A stretch of 20,649 bases of DNA, taken from the IMG/VR virus record IMGVR_UViG_2563366912_000001. The stretch is one strand, 5' to 3'. This DNA is from a virus (Duplodnaviria > Heunggongvirae > Uroviricota > Caudoviricetes). Shown here piece after piece: positions 1-8,064 of this stretch (positions are counted from its first letter, which is position 1; each line of letters begins with the position of its first letter). The notes under the pieces are model-generated. The model searched no databases, was not told the DNA's origin, and saw only the letters and a program-made list of their open reading frames with translations. Made by a program: the position numbers and the translations under genes.

Positions 1-1188
1 GTGGCACGGACAACACGCCCCCTTACCAACACCGAAGTTCTTCGCGCTAAAGCGTTAGAGAAGGATCTAACTCTGCATGATGGCGATGGCCTTTTCCTGA
101 TAGTGAAAACCAGCGGGAAAAAGCTCTGGCGTTTCCGTTATCAACGTCCAGCGACAAAACAGCGGACAATGATGGGGCTTGGTGCTTTCCCCGCCCTTTC
201 ACTTGCTGACGCCCGAGGGTTAAGAGCGGATTACCTTGCCTTGTTAGCCAACGGAATTGACCCACAAATTCAGGCCGAAGTTGCAGAGGAACAGCAGCAA
301 ATCGCTCTGGACAGTATTTTCTCAATGGTCGCCGCTAACTGGTTCCAGCTCAAAAGTAAAAGCGTTACCCCTGATTACGCAAAAGACATTTGGCGCTCAT
401 TGGAGAAAGATGTATTCCCTGCCATCGGTGAGATCCCCGTTCAGCAAATTAAAGCCCGAATATTAGTTGAAGCATTGGAACCAATCAAAGCTCGTGGAGC
501 GCTTGAGACTGTACGTCGACTAGTGCAGCGTATTAACGAGATAATGATTTATGCCGTAAACACTGGTCTGATTGATGCCAATCCAGCATCAGGTATTGGA
601 ATGGCCTTTGAGAAGCCCAAAAAACAAAACATGCCGACGCTGCGGCCAGAAGAATTGCCGAAGCTGATGCGTTCTTTAGTCATGTCAAATCTGTCTGTTC
701 CGACTCGCTGTCTCATTGAATGGCAACTCCTGACGCTCGTGCGCCCTTCTGAGGCCTCTGGTGCCCGTTGGGCAGAGATCGATCTCGATACGAAGCTCTG
801 GACTATTCCAGCCGAACGGATGAAAGCTAAGCGGGAACACATTGTTCCTTTATCACCACAGGCATTAGAGATTCTGGATGTAATGAAGCCAATTAGCGCT
901 CACCGAGAACATGTTTTTCCCAGCAGGAATGATCCTAAACAACCTATGAATAGCCAAACTGCTAATGCTGCTCTTAAAAGGATTGGTTATGGCGGTAAAC
1001 TCGTTGCTCATGGGCTTCGTTCTATAGCTAGCACAGCGTTGAACGAGTCTGGTTTTAATTCCGATATTATAGAATCAGCTTTAGCGCATATAGATAAAAA
1101 TGAAGTACGGCGGGCGTATAATCGTTCTATTTATTTAGAACAACGCAGAGAATTGATGTCATGGTGGGGTATAAAAGTAAAATCATAG
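1..1188 (+). CDS. int: P4/CP4-57-family tyrosine integrase; GTG start at window position 1, so the true start may lie at or just upstream of the window edge
   Basis: 395-codon ORF. N-terminus MARTTRPLTNTE...DGDGLFLIVKTSGKKLWRFRYQRP matches the N-terminal arm of P4-type integrases. C-terminal region has H-x-x-R (VAHGLRS) and a Tyr-containing tail (RAYNRSIYLEQRRELMSWW). Confidence 0.9.
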   Translation: MARTTRPLTNTEVLRAKALEKDLTLHDGDGLFLIVKTSGKKLWRFRYQRPATKQRTMMGLGAFPALSLADARGLRADYLALLANGIDPQIQAEVAEEQQQIALDSIFSMVAANWFQLKSKSVTPDYAKDIWRSLEKDVFPAIGEIPVQQIKARILVEALEPIKARGALETVRRLVQRINEIMIYAVNTGLIDANPASGIGMAFEKPKKQNMPTLRPEELPKLMRSLVMSNLSVPTRCLIEWQLLTLVRPSEASGARWAEIDLDTKLWTIPAERMKAKREHIVPLSPQALEILDVMKPISAHREHVFPSRNDPKQPMNSQTANAALKRIGYGGKLVAHGLRSIASTALNESGFNSDIIESALAHIDKNEVRRAYNRSIYLEQRRELMSWWGIKVKS

Positions 1189-1204
1189 GGCTTTCGCCCT
1201 ATGA
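1183..1204. terminator. 9-bp stem / 4-nt loop hairpin between convergent int and the 99-codon ORF; candidate bidirectional terminator
   Basis: tcatagggc-tttc-gccctatga overlapping the int TAG stop, followed by T-rich sequence. Confidence 0.4.
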
Positions 1205-1212
1205 TTTAATAA

Positions 1213-1512
1213 TTATAAAGTTTCCAATGCGAAATTTCGATATCTCATTAGTGCATAAATATATCTAGTAGTAGATGCAGGTGTCCATGTTCTCTCAAGT
1301 TCTTTTGCTAGTGCTGCCCCCATCATTTTCTTATCATCATCGCCAAATTTATTTACATAAGCATTTAATATTTTGATAGCTGGAGATTCAGTGACTAACC
1401 TAGCTAAAGCCCTTTCAAGGCTGATGCTTTCTAATATAACTTCTATTTTATTATTTATCACCACACCATCATCTTGTCGAGAACAAAAACCTAAAGAAAT
1501 TAAATCCTGCAC
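1213..1512 (-). CDS. Hypothetical small protein (99 aa), downstream partner of the nuclease-NTPase gene
   Basis: Open frame in AT-rich DNA where stops are frequent; GTG start at 1510-1512 overlaps the 3' end of the upstream ORF by 13 nt (stop 1500-1502), same strand, suggesting co-transcription. No recognisable motif. Confidence 0.4.
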   Translation of the reverse strand: MQDLISLGFCSRQDDGVVINNKIEVILESISLERALARLVTESPAIKILNAYVNKFGDDDKKMMGAALAKELERTWTPASTTRYIYALMRYRNFALETL

Positions 1513-3446
1513 TGCATTCCTATGTTTATTCGCCTGAATGAATGGCTCATTTTTTTATTGGCGCACAGATACTCGGCAACTTCGAGTGTTTTTTCTGGCG
1601 AAGTAGCAGCTAAGAAAAGTGATCCTCTTCTATTGCGTGCCCCTCTTTTATCTAGATCAATCGCCCCAAATGCTGGGGAAAACAACTCGCCATCATATAT
1701 AACCACAGATTTCCCGATAACCGCTATCAGCCCCGTAAATTGTAACCAAGCCAATAATTTTGAACTATAAGACTTAGGATAACCACCGTCTTTATTCTTA
1801 TAAGTATGGGCTATTATAGATTCATACTTATCGATAGGAACTCTTCTTAAATCGGCATCAACAATATTCTCTGCCAATTCTAACAAAACACTATGACTCT
1901 TAAAATGCTCACGAAGAAACTCAGGGACATTTGTGATAGTCTGTTTACAAACTATATTCCCATTTAAATCTCTGTCTATGAGAACAAAATACTGCAAATC
2001 CATTAAAACATTTATTAATGTTCCCCGACTATATTTTAGTTTAGTTTGCAGTTCATCCAAGCTAATGGTTTTGAACGAGTTTACAACATCAAGAATTAAC
2101 AAAACCATTTTCGGAGATGTTGATGGCATATATGACCATGGTATAACTGGAAGGTCATTTCCTTTCAAGTAATCTCGAAAAACGTCCCAATACACTGATA
2201 ATTTTTCACCTGTTTTAATTACCATCCTATCTGAAATTAGCTCTAAAACAGTATCACTCCCAAACTCTTTAGTAACTTCATATTGACTAATCGGAGAGTT
2301 CTTTGCCACAAATTTTAAACATGAATTTTGTTTTTCAGGCCTATCTAAATCCTCATGAAATAAATTTGAGATCTGTAGTTGACTAACCAACATTTGATCC
2401 TGTGAGATACCTCCTTTTAGTTTTTTGAATACATGAATACAAAGCTTTTTCAATAACCATGGATAACCTTGAGCTTGCTGAATAAGACGCGTGCGTAAAG
2501 GTTTATTTAATTTAAACCCTGTATTTAGCTCGAAACTATTAATTAATTTAGATGAATCTTTTAGATCAAAAGGCTCAAGTTTCTTTTCAACCCTATAATC
2601 TTTTAGCCGATTCCACATTGAGTACGCTGGATTTTCATCCCCTAAAGTAATACCAGTTCTCCATGAGAACCCTACAACTAAATTGCTTTGTAGTGCCGAG
2701 ACATCGAGTGCGAATCGTTCAAATTCTTTAAATAGCCCGAATAGTTCCTCTTTCATAAAGACTTCTTCGAACTGATCAAAGAAAATAGTCAATACCTTAT
2801 CATGTTCGGAAAGGTATTTTAAACATTCCTGAACACTCTCAGATCCTATGATATCCGTAACACTCTCAATCAGGAATGGTTTTTCATATTCGATAAAACC
2901 TTCTTTGATCGCACTGCTGAAAGCTTTAACGACAGCTTCTGCCACAAAACGTCCGCCTCTAGCAGAACGGACATCGACTGGTGTAAGGAAGAATTTATTC
3001 TTCCATTTTTGATTTTTAAATCTTGAGGATAGCCTTGCTATTAAAGATGACTTTCCATTTCCTGAACCGCCTATAAGTGATAGGACTCTACTTTGAGAGC
3101 TATTTCCTCTAACATTCTCAAGATAATCCCAAACTTCTTTCTGTATATATTCGCGACCAACAAAGTCTTTCGGCTGACATGGCTTATAATCCATAAAATC
3201 GTCAGCAAGAATTATTTCACTGACAATTTCCCTTTCGTAATTTTCAGATAATTTTGAAGACGAAACAGTTTGTTCCGGTTCAGATAATATATAAAAATCA
3301 GTTACTTCCAACCCTTCAAAAAGCCCTTGCTCCTTTATAATATCACTTATGCGACTGACACTTGGAATTTTACTATTTTTATTTATAGCGAACGGCACCA
3401 CTCTTATAGGGCTACCATTTTCAACTTCTTGCAAAAGCCAAGTCAT
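1500..3446 (-). CDS. P-loop NTPase fragment (C-terminal ~80% of the interrupted gene; AAA+/STAND-like, family unassigned)
   Basis: 648-codon ORF. Walker A GGSGNGKS (LSLIGGSGNGKSSLIARL) and Walker B-like hhhhD (LTIFFDQFEEVF) about 90 aa later. Frame stays open upstream of the listed Met through 3447-3598 to the IS1 boundary. AT-rich. Confidence 0.7.
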   Translation of the reverse strand: MTWLLQEVENGSPIRVVPFAINKNSKIPSVSRISDIIKEQGLFEGLEVTDFYILSEPEQTVSSSKLSENYEREIVSEIILADDFMDYKPCQPKDFVGREYIQKEVWDYLENVRGNSSQSRVLSLIGGSGNGKSSLIARLSSRFKNQKWKNKFFLTPVDVRSARGGRFVAEAVVKAFSSAIKEGFIEYEKPFLIESVTDIIGSESVQECLKYLSEHDKVLTIFFDQFEEVFMKEELFGLFKEFERFALDVSALQSNLVVGFSWRTGITLGDENPAYSMWNRLKDYRVEKKLEPFDLKDSSKLINSFELNTGFKLNKPLRTRLIQQAQGYPWLLKKLCIHVFKKLKGGISQDQMLVSQLQISNLFHEDLDRPEKQNSCLKFVAKNSPISQYEVTKEFGSDTVLELISDRMVIKTGEKLSVYWDVFRDYLKGNDLPVIPWSYMPSTSPKMVLLILDVVNSFKTISLDELQTKLKYSRGTLINVLMDLQYFVLIDRDLNGNIVCKQTITNVPEFLREHFKSHSVLLELAENIVDADLRRVPIDKYESIIAHTYKNKDGGYPKSYSSKLLAWLQFTGLIAVIGKSVVIYDGELFSPAFGAIDLDKRGARNRRGSLFLAATSPEKTLEVAEYLCANKKMSHSFRRINIGMQCRI

Positions 3447-3589
3447 TTCTATTTCAGGATGAACTAAAAGTGTTGCACTAGTATATTTTGCCGGAATGTC
3501 ATCTGTTGGAATATCCTCAACCTTACCTGTTGCAAGTATAGATATAAGAATCTCTTTTTTATCAAAAAAAGAATAATCTATACGCTCAT

Positions 3590-3598
3590 CAAGTCTAT
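3590..3598. repeat. IS1 target-site duplication, left copy (caagtctat)
   Basis: Identical 9-mer immediately outside both IS1 ends. Confidence 0.9.
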
Positions 3599-3653
3599 GG
3601 TGATGCTGCCAACTTACTGATTTAGTGTATGATGGTGTTTTTGAGGTGCTCCA

Positions 3654-3929
3654 GTGGCTTCTGTTTCTATCAGCTGTCCCTCCTGTTCAGCTACTGACGG
3701 GGTGGTGCGTAACGGCAAAAGCACCGCCGGACATCAGCGCTATCTCTGCTCTCACTGCCGTAAAACATGGCAACTGCAGTTCACTTACACCGCTTCTCAA
3801 CCCGGTACGCACCAGAAAATCATTGATATGGCCATGAATGGCGTTGGATGCCGGGCAACTGCCCGCATTATGGGCGTTGGCCTCAACACGATTTTACGTC
3901 ACTTAAAAAACTCAGGCCGCAGTCGGTAA
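3654..3929 (+). CDS. insA: IS1 InsA (91 aa)
   Basis: Translation [43 protein letters not shown]... is the IS1 InsA zinc-finger/HTH protein. Confidence 0.95.
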
Positions 3930-4351
3930 CCTCGCGCATACAGCCGGGCAGTGACGTCATCGTCTGCGCGGAAATGGACGAACAGTGGGGCTATGTCGGG
4001 GCTAAATCGCGCCAGCGCTGGCTGTTTTACGCGTATGACAGTCTCCGGAAGACGGTTGTTGCGCACGTATTCGGTGAACGCACTATGGCGACGCTGGGGC
4101 GTCTTATGAGCCTGCTGTCACCCTTTGACGTGGTGATATGGATGACGGATGGCTGGCCGCTGTATGAATCCCGCCTGAAGGGAAAGCTGCACGTAATCAG
4201 CAAGCGATATACGCAGCGAATTGAGCGGCATAACCTGAATCTGAGGCAGCACCTGGCACGGCTGGGACGGAAGTCGCTGTCGTTTTCAAAATCGGTGGAG
4301 CTGCATGACAAAGTCATCGGGCATTATCTGAACATAAAACACTATCAATAA
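3848..4351 (+). CDS. insB: IS1 InsB frame (expressed as InsAB' transposase by -1 frameshift)
   Basis: 167-aa ORF ...[54 protein letters not shown]... overlapping insA in the -1 frame. Confidence 0.9.
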
Positions 4352-4361
4352 GTTGGAGTCA

Positions 4362-4727
4362 TTACCCAAGTCTATAATCCTCAAGCGTTGACTGAGCATC
4401 TTTACCCAAATCAGAAATTGAAAAAAGTGCAATTTTTTTAACTCTCAACCTAAATGCTTGAGAAAATGCCAAATCAACCACAGATGAATCAACTTTTTGC
4501 TGCATGAATTTACATTCTACATACAGCTTTTCATTTGATGGTGTATGAGTAGCCTGAATATCAATTTCCATGCCAGATTTTCTGACTTCCATACCATCAA
4601 TTCTATACGATTGCCGGCGGAGTATATCAGCGCAAAAATTCTCGAAAAACTTCCCTCTCGAGGTATTGGAATAATTACTAGGTACACAAACTATCAAATC
4701 TTTATTCAGTGGTAACGGCCTGGCCAT
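4362..4727 (-). CDS. Mrr-type PD-(D/E)xK restriction-endonuclease-like domain; N-terminal fragment of the interrupted nuclease-NTPase gene
   Basis: Motif GKFFENF...ADIL...SGMEIDIQA...KLYVECKF fits the Mrr catalytic core (D ... E-x-K). AGGAG RBS 7 nt upstream of ATG at 4727. ORF ends in a stop created by the IS1 terminus. Confidence 0.65.
   Translation of the reverse strand: MARPLPLNKDLIVCVPSNYSNTSRGKFFENFCADILRRQSYRIDGMEVRKSGMEIDIQATHTPSNEKLYVECKFMQQKVDSSVVDLAFSQAFRLRVKKIALFSISDLGKDAQSTLEDYRLG
4367..4375. repeat. IS1 target-site duplication, right copy (caagtctat)
   Basis: Identical 9-mer immediately outside both IS1 ends. Confidence 0.9.
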
Positions 4728-4847
4728 TTATACACTCCTTATCTCATATCCTTTTGACAAGTAAGATATCAACCTCGAGTTTCAGAAACCAGTATCTTGC
4801 GCATATTTACGACATCAAAACTTTTGGTTATGCACCCACAGCGCGCA

Positions 4848-4866
4848 GTGCTTTCCCCGCCTCGCC
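4848..4866 (-). other. cos site (19-nt cohesive-end sequence of P2/P4 type)
   Basis: Reverse complement of 4841-4866 is GGCGAGGCGGGGAAAGCACTGCGCGC, matching the P2/P4 cohesive end and adjacent bases as I recall them. Position between the cargo and psu matches the P4 map. Confidence 0.75.
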
Positions 4867-4969
4867 CGCCCGCTTTGCGGGGCGGTTTTAATGCAGTTGC
4901 ACTGACACGCTCAGACCGCGCCGGGAATGGTGCGGTCTGCAGAAAATGAGGCAGGAAAACGCATGCAAA

Positions 4970-5000
4970 GCCATGCACCTTATCGATGCATGGCTTTTTT
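4970..5000. terminator. Hairpin plus T6 just beyond the psu stop; candidate bidirectional terminator
   Basis: gccatgca-(9 nt)-tgcatggc followed by tttttt on the + strand and preceded by an A-run as seen from the minus strand. Confidence 0.4.
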
Positions 5001-5030
5001 CAGTAAAAACGGGAGGATTTTCGGGGAATT

Positions 5031-5603
5031 TTACACAGACTGACGTGATGCCAGTTGCGCACTTTTACGCGAAAAAATCATGTTCTGCGCAGGGGTGAAT
5101 TTTTCACGGCTGTCATCCACCGAAGCCGCGTCAGGCCTGAATCCGATGGTCGTTAAAATGTCACTATCCTGTGCGGAATAATTAATTTTTTCCCCCTTCG
5201 CAAGCCAGGACAGAAGGGCTTCACGCAGGGCATCTGTGGCACGCTGTATGGCACAGTTTCGGGCAATGGCCGTCAGCTCACTGTAGCCCATCAGCTCCGG
5301 TGCCAGTGCCGCCGCCAGTGCTGTGCCGTGCTGCTGCATAAAATCATTCAGCCGGTCGCGGATGCTGATGTGCTGAACGGCTTCATGCGAACGAATATAA
5401 CGACCGGCGGCCTGATTCACCTGCCATTTTCTGACTTCGATAATATTGCGTAATTCGTCCAGGCGACTGACGTTTCTGCCTTCTCCTGACTGAATCCGCA
5501 GATATTCCTGTTCGGCCGCAGCCAGCTCATTTTTGCGTTGCAGCCATGCTGCTTTGTTATTCTGACAGGTGTCAAAGGCCTGCTGTAAGGCTGTGCTTTC
5601 CAT
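5031..5603 (-). CDS. psu: P4 Psu-like polarity suppression protein (190 aa)
   Basis: Length matches P4 Psu (190 aa); last gene of the sid-delta-psu late operon arrangement. Confidence 0.85.
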   Translation of the reverse strand: MESTALQQAFDTCQNNKAAWLQRKNELAAAEQEYLRIQSGEGRNVSRLDELRNIIEVRKWQVNQAAGRYIRSHEAVQHISIRDRLNDFMQQHGTALAAALAPELMGYSELTAIARNCAIQRATDALREALLSWLAKGEKINYSAQDSDILTTIGFRPDAASVDDSREKFTPAQNMIFSRKSAQLASRQSV

Positions 5604-5676
5604 CGTTATCTCTTTCTCATCATGCTGAAGAATAAAAATACGGTGTGCGGCGACGGCCGGTGTTAACCGGCAGCCC

Positions 5677-6177
5677 TCATTCCAGACGCAGCGAATATGA
5701 TTGTGTTTTTAACCGTACTGGCGGCAGTTCCTGTTTTTCATGCAGACTTTCTGCAAGCTCGTCCGGCGTGACCGGGCGGACAATGAAGCGGTTGATGGTC
5801 TGAAGCGTTTTAAACACCAGACCACAGCCCGGATCCGTGCACACATAAAAACGCTCGGTGACTTCCTGAGACAGACGCCGCGATGTTCTTGACAGCGCAA
5901 GGCCTTTACATCTCCGACAACAATATCCGGTAACAAGCATTCTTTTCGGGCGCTTCATGCTGCCGGAGGCTGACGTCAGTGAATCGCGGTATCTCTGTTT
6001 GCCTGAAATGTATTCCATTCCTGAATCTTTACAGTCAGAGAAAAAGCTTTCACTCGCTTCAAATGTCGCAGAGCAATAAATATTCCGGCACTGTGCAATC
6101 ATTATCTTGGTGCCATCGTCCATGAAATGTGCGCGACGGGTGTGAGCAACATGTCCACACGACGGGCAGTAAATCAT
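5677..6177 (-). CDS. delta: P4 Delta-like late transcription activator (tandem Ogr-type zinc fingers, 166 aa)
   Basis: Two Ogr-like modules: CPSCGHVAHTRRAH...C..IYCSATFEASES and YCCRRCKG...VCTDPGCGLVFKT. Length equals P4 Delta. Start overlaps the sid stop. Confidence 0.9.
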   Translation of the reverse strand: MIYCPSCGHVAHTRRAHFMDDGTKIMIAQCRNIYCSATFEASESFFSDCKDSGMEYISGKQRYRDSLTSASGSMKRPKRMLVTGYCCRRCKGLALSRTSRRLSQEVTERFYVCTDPGCGLVFKTLQTINRFIVRPVTPDELAESLHEKQELPPVRLKTQSYSLRLE

Positions 6178-6908
6178 GACAGCAGTCCTCTGGCCTTAAG
6201 CTTTGCTCCCTGCTGGTCTATTTTGTCCTGCCACACCTTGCGCTGTGCCGGTGTGCCTGCCACCTCATAATCCATGTGCGGGAGTGTTGCCGCTGACAGT
6301 CCGGTCAGCCGGAGAACCGGCTCGCCGGTGAGGCTGATTTGCATCTGTTTTATTTTCTGTTCCAGCGATGATTTCACCTGCTGCATGACAGCCTTTTCCG
6401 GTGCGACGTAGCCCTGATGGCCGGTGGTGTTGGCGAGCGGATTTTCCTGTACCAGGATGCTCAGATGCATTGCCCGGACAAGCGCCTCACAGGTTTCATT
6501 CAGGGCGTGTTCCAGCTCATGCTCTGCATACAGACTCAGCAGGTGATGATGTGCCTTCCGGTAGGCGGTGGCCGTGCTGTCACACGCCCCTTTCAGGCGT
6601 TCGCGTTCAAAATTCAGCACCACGGCCAGATTGTCATATTCCTGTACCAGCTCCCGGCGTGCCACGCGCTCAATGTGGCGCTGTTTCAGCTCGTCGCTCA
6701 GGACACCACCGGCTGCACGAAAGGCCGTGCGCCAGTCGTCAGCGTCGTTTCCGTCGGCCTGCGCCAGCGCATTTTTTTCCTGCTCTGCCCGTTCAATGGC
6801 CGTGACGGTCTCATCCATCAGGCGGGCGTTCTCAAGATGGGCGGCTCTGGCCTTTTCCAGTTGTGCCAGTGCGGGTTTCAGATATTCAGGGATAGTGTGG
6901 TCAGACAT
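6174..6908 (-). CDS. sid: P4 Sid-like capsid size-determination protein (244 aa from ATG at 6908; the track's longer form uses GTG at 6926)
   Basis: ATG at 6906-6908 is preceded by AGGAG with 7-nt spacing and gives MSDHTIPEYL..., 244 aa as in P4 Sid. Helix-rich, charged protein. Confidence 0.85.
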   Translation of the reverse strand: MSDHTIPEYLKPALAQLEKARAAHLENARLMDETVTAIERAEQEKNALAQADGNDADDWRTAFRAAGGVLSDELKQRHIERVARRELVQEYDNLAVVLNFERERLKGACDSTATAYRKAHHHLLSLYAEHELEHALNETCEALVRAMHLSILVQENPLANTTGHQGYVAPEKAVMQQVKSSLEQKIKQMQISLTGEPVLRLTGLSAATLPHMDYEVAGTPAQRKVWQDKIDQQGAKLKARGLLS

Positions 6909-6942
6909 TTTCCGGCTCCTCGTCACTTCAGGTTAAGAAAAT

Positions 6943-6998
6943 TGTGACGTACACCGGACAGCAACACGACGCATTGCAGATGTGCCAGCCCTGACACA
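6943..6998. promoter_or_regulatory. Divergent late-promoter region with two TGT-N12-ACA dyads (Delta/Ogr-responsive; Psid leftward and PLL-like rightward)
   Basis: TGT-gacgtacaccgg-ACA at 6943-6960 and TGT-gccagccctgac-ACA at 6981-6998, directly upstream of sid. Confidence 0.5.
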
Positions 6999-7077
6999 GG
7001 AGACTCATCCTCACACCGGCAAGCCAGGAAAAGGTCGCAGGAAAAACCGGCTTACTGTTTGTTTTTTTATATTTTAC

Positions 7078-7181
7078 TGTTCACCTCTGTTCACCTTAAT
7101 AAAAAAGATAAGTAATACAGTAAGTTAAAGGATGAACAATCGCAGTAATGACTGTTCACCGTCTGTTCACCACTGTTCACC
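7078..7181. repeat. ori-like cluster of TGTTCACC type-I iterons (alpha-binding repeats)
   Basis: Five direct TGTTCACC copies (7078, 7088, 7153, 7164, 7174) plus an imperfect inverted copy near 7132; AT-rich flanks. Confidence 0.6.
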
Positions 7182-7460
7182 CGCTCATGGACTTTTTGTG
7201 CTGTTTACTACTGTTTGTTTTTATTAATTCGCCGGGAATGAATAAGAAGAAACGATTTGTATTTCACTATAAAAATTACAAATTGCTTTAAGTGGCTTTA
7301 AATGACTTTAAGTGGAAATGAACAAAAAACACACAACCATTGTAAGGCTGCCGGAACAAATCCCCCCTGTTGCGTCTGCTGAAAATATTCACAAAATAAA
7401 GCGCTACCCGAAGCCGGACGGACTTATCCGGTGCTGTATGGACATTAACGAGGTAGCCCG

Positions 7461-7727
7461 ATGCAAGCTGTTTTTTCTTCCCCGTCTCCCGCCCCTGTGA
7501 CGCCACTGATGCCGCTGCCGGACATCACACAGGAGCGTTTTTTACGTCTTCCGGAAGTGATGCACCTGTGCGGCCTGTCACGCTCGACCATCTATGAACT
7601 CATCCGTAAGGGGGAATTTCCGCCGCAGGTGAGTCTTGGCGGTAAAAATGTGGCCTGGCTGCACTCTGAAGTCACCGCATGGATGGCCGGCCGCATTGCC
7701 GGACGCAAACGGGGGTACGACGCATGA
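7461..7727 (+). CDS. AlpA/Vis-family small DNA-binding regulator (prophage excision/late-promoter regulator; start uncertain, alternative ATG at 7509)
   Basis: ...[51 protein letters not shown]... is the AlpA-type HTH signature. Sits as first gene after the PLL-like promoter, as P4 vis does. Confidence 0.7.
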   Translation: MQAVFSSPSPAPVTPLMPLPDITQERFLRLPEVMHLCGLSRSTIYELIRKGEFPPQVSLGGKNVAWLHSEVTAWMAGRIAGRKRGYDA

Positions 7728-7821
7728 TGATGCCTGTTCTGCAAAAAGTCCCTTTTTCTGGCTTGCCTTTTTCCGGCATTTGCGGATATAGTTTTTCCGC
7801 TGCCGCAAAATCGGCAGCCGG

Positions 7822-7847
7822 GCGTGAGAACCCGTGTAACTCGAAGG
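7822..7847 (+). promoter_or_regulatory. seqA-like target element of the P4-type RNA immunity system
   Basis: gcgtgagaac...ctcgaagg repeated at 8065-8106 and complementary to 8020-8040. Confidence 0.35.
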
Positions 7848-7855
7848 CGACATAT

Positions 7856-7877
7856 GACGCGCCATGCGTCTTTTTTT
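7856..7877 (+). terminator. Intrinsic terminator-like hairpin in the early-operon leader (candidate immunity terminator)
   Basis: gacgcgccatgcgtc stem-loop followed by T7. Confidence 0.5.
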
Positions 7878-7939
7878 GTGTCGCAATCAACGCCACAGAG
7901 CGCCAGATTATGGTGTGGCGTGTGGTTTGCCGTGCAGGT

Positions 7940-8060
7940 ATGATCCTGTTCGCAATCGCATGTTATGCCACTGAGTCAATGGTAGCTCAGGCGGGGCAGC
8001 CTCCGGGCTGGCCGGTATTCTTCGAGGCCGGTATTCTCACCCCCGTCTGGGCTATCGCCA
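7940..8060 (+). ncRNA. Candidate CI-like immunity RNA region containing a seqB-like element (8020-8040); boundaries approximate
   Basis: Structured GC-rich non-coding stretch between the leader terminator and the next RBS. cttcgagg...attctcac is the complement of the seqA/seqC motifs. Contains a tRNA-like GGTAGCTCAG segment. Confidence 0.3.
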
Positions 8061-8064
8061 TCGA

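Larger units (their letters stand above)
3599..4366 (+). mobile_element. IS1 insertion sequence, 768 bp, complete
   Basis: Termini GGTGATGCTGCCAACTTACTGAT ... GGAGTCATTACC are the IS1 inverted repeats. Contains insA and insB with an A6C slippery site (about 3905-3911). Flanked by a perfect 9-bp direct repeat. Confidence 0.95.
1500..4727 (-). pseudogene. Nuclease-NTPase gene (reconstructed ~816 codons) interrupted by IS1; candidate anti-phage defence gene in the satellite int-psu hotspot
   Basis: Segments 4727->4367 and 3598->1500 are in one continuous frame once IS1 (3599-4366) and one TSD copy are removed. The present stop after codon 121 is a TAA supplied by the IS1 end. Confidence 0.75.

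Noticed and set aside
4362-4727. Treating the 121-codon ORF as a stand-alone small restriction endonuclease gene
   Set aside because: Its stop codon is contributed by the IS1 terminus and the frame continues seamlessly beyond the insertion into the NTPase ORF, so it is an N-terminal fragment.
4709-4978. Short ORFs (4709-4891 + and 4769-4978 -) across the cos region
   Set aside because: They cross the cos site and the cargo promoter region; no coding signal; more likely non-coding.
6401-6947. Several 120-180-codon ORFs on the + strand (6401-6805, 6417-6947, 6568-6936) overlapping sid
   Set aside because: They lie antisense within a well-supported gene in GC-rich DNA where long spurious frames are expected; no RBS or recognisable motifs.
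7288-7506. Short ORFs on both strands (7288-7506 -, 7312-7500 +) between the ori iterons and the AlpA/Vis-like gene
   Set aside because: Located in the leader of the late-leftward transcript with no convincing RBS; cannot be supported as coding from sequence alone.
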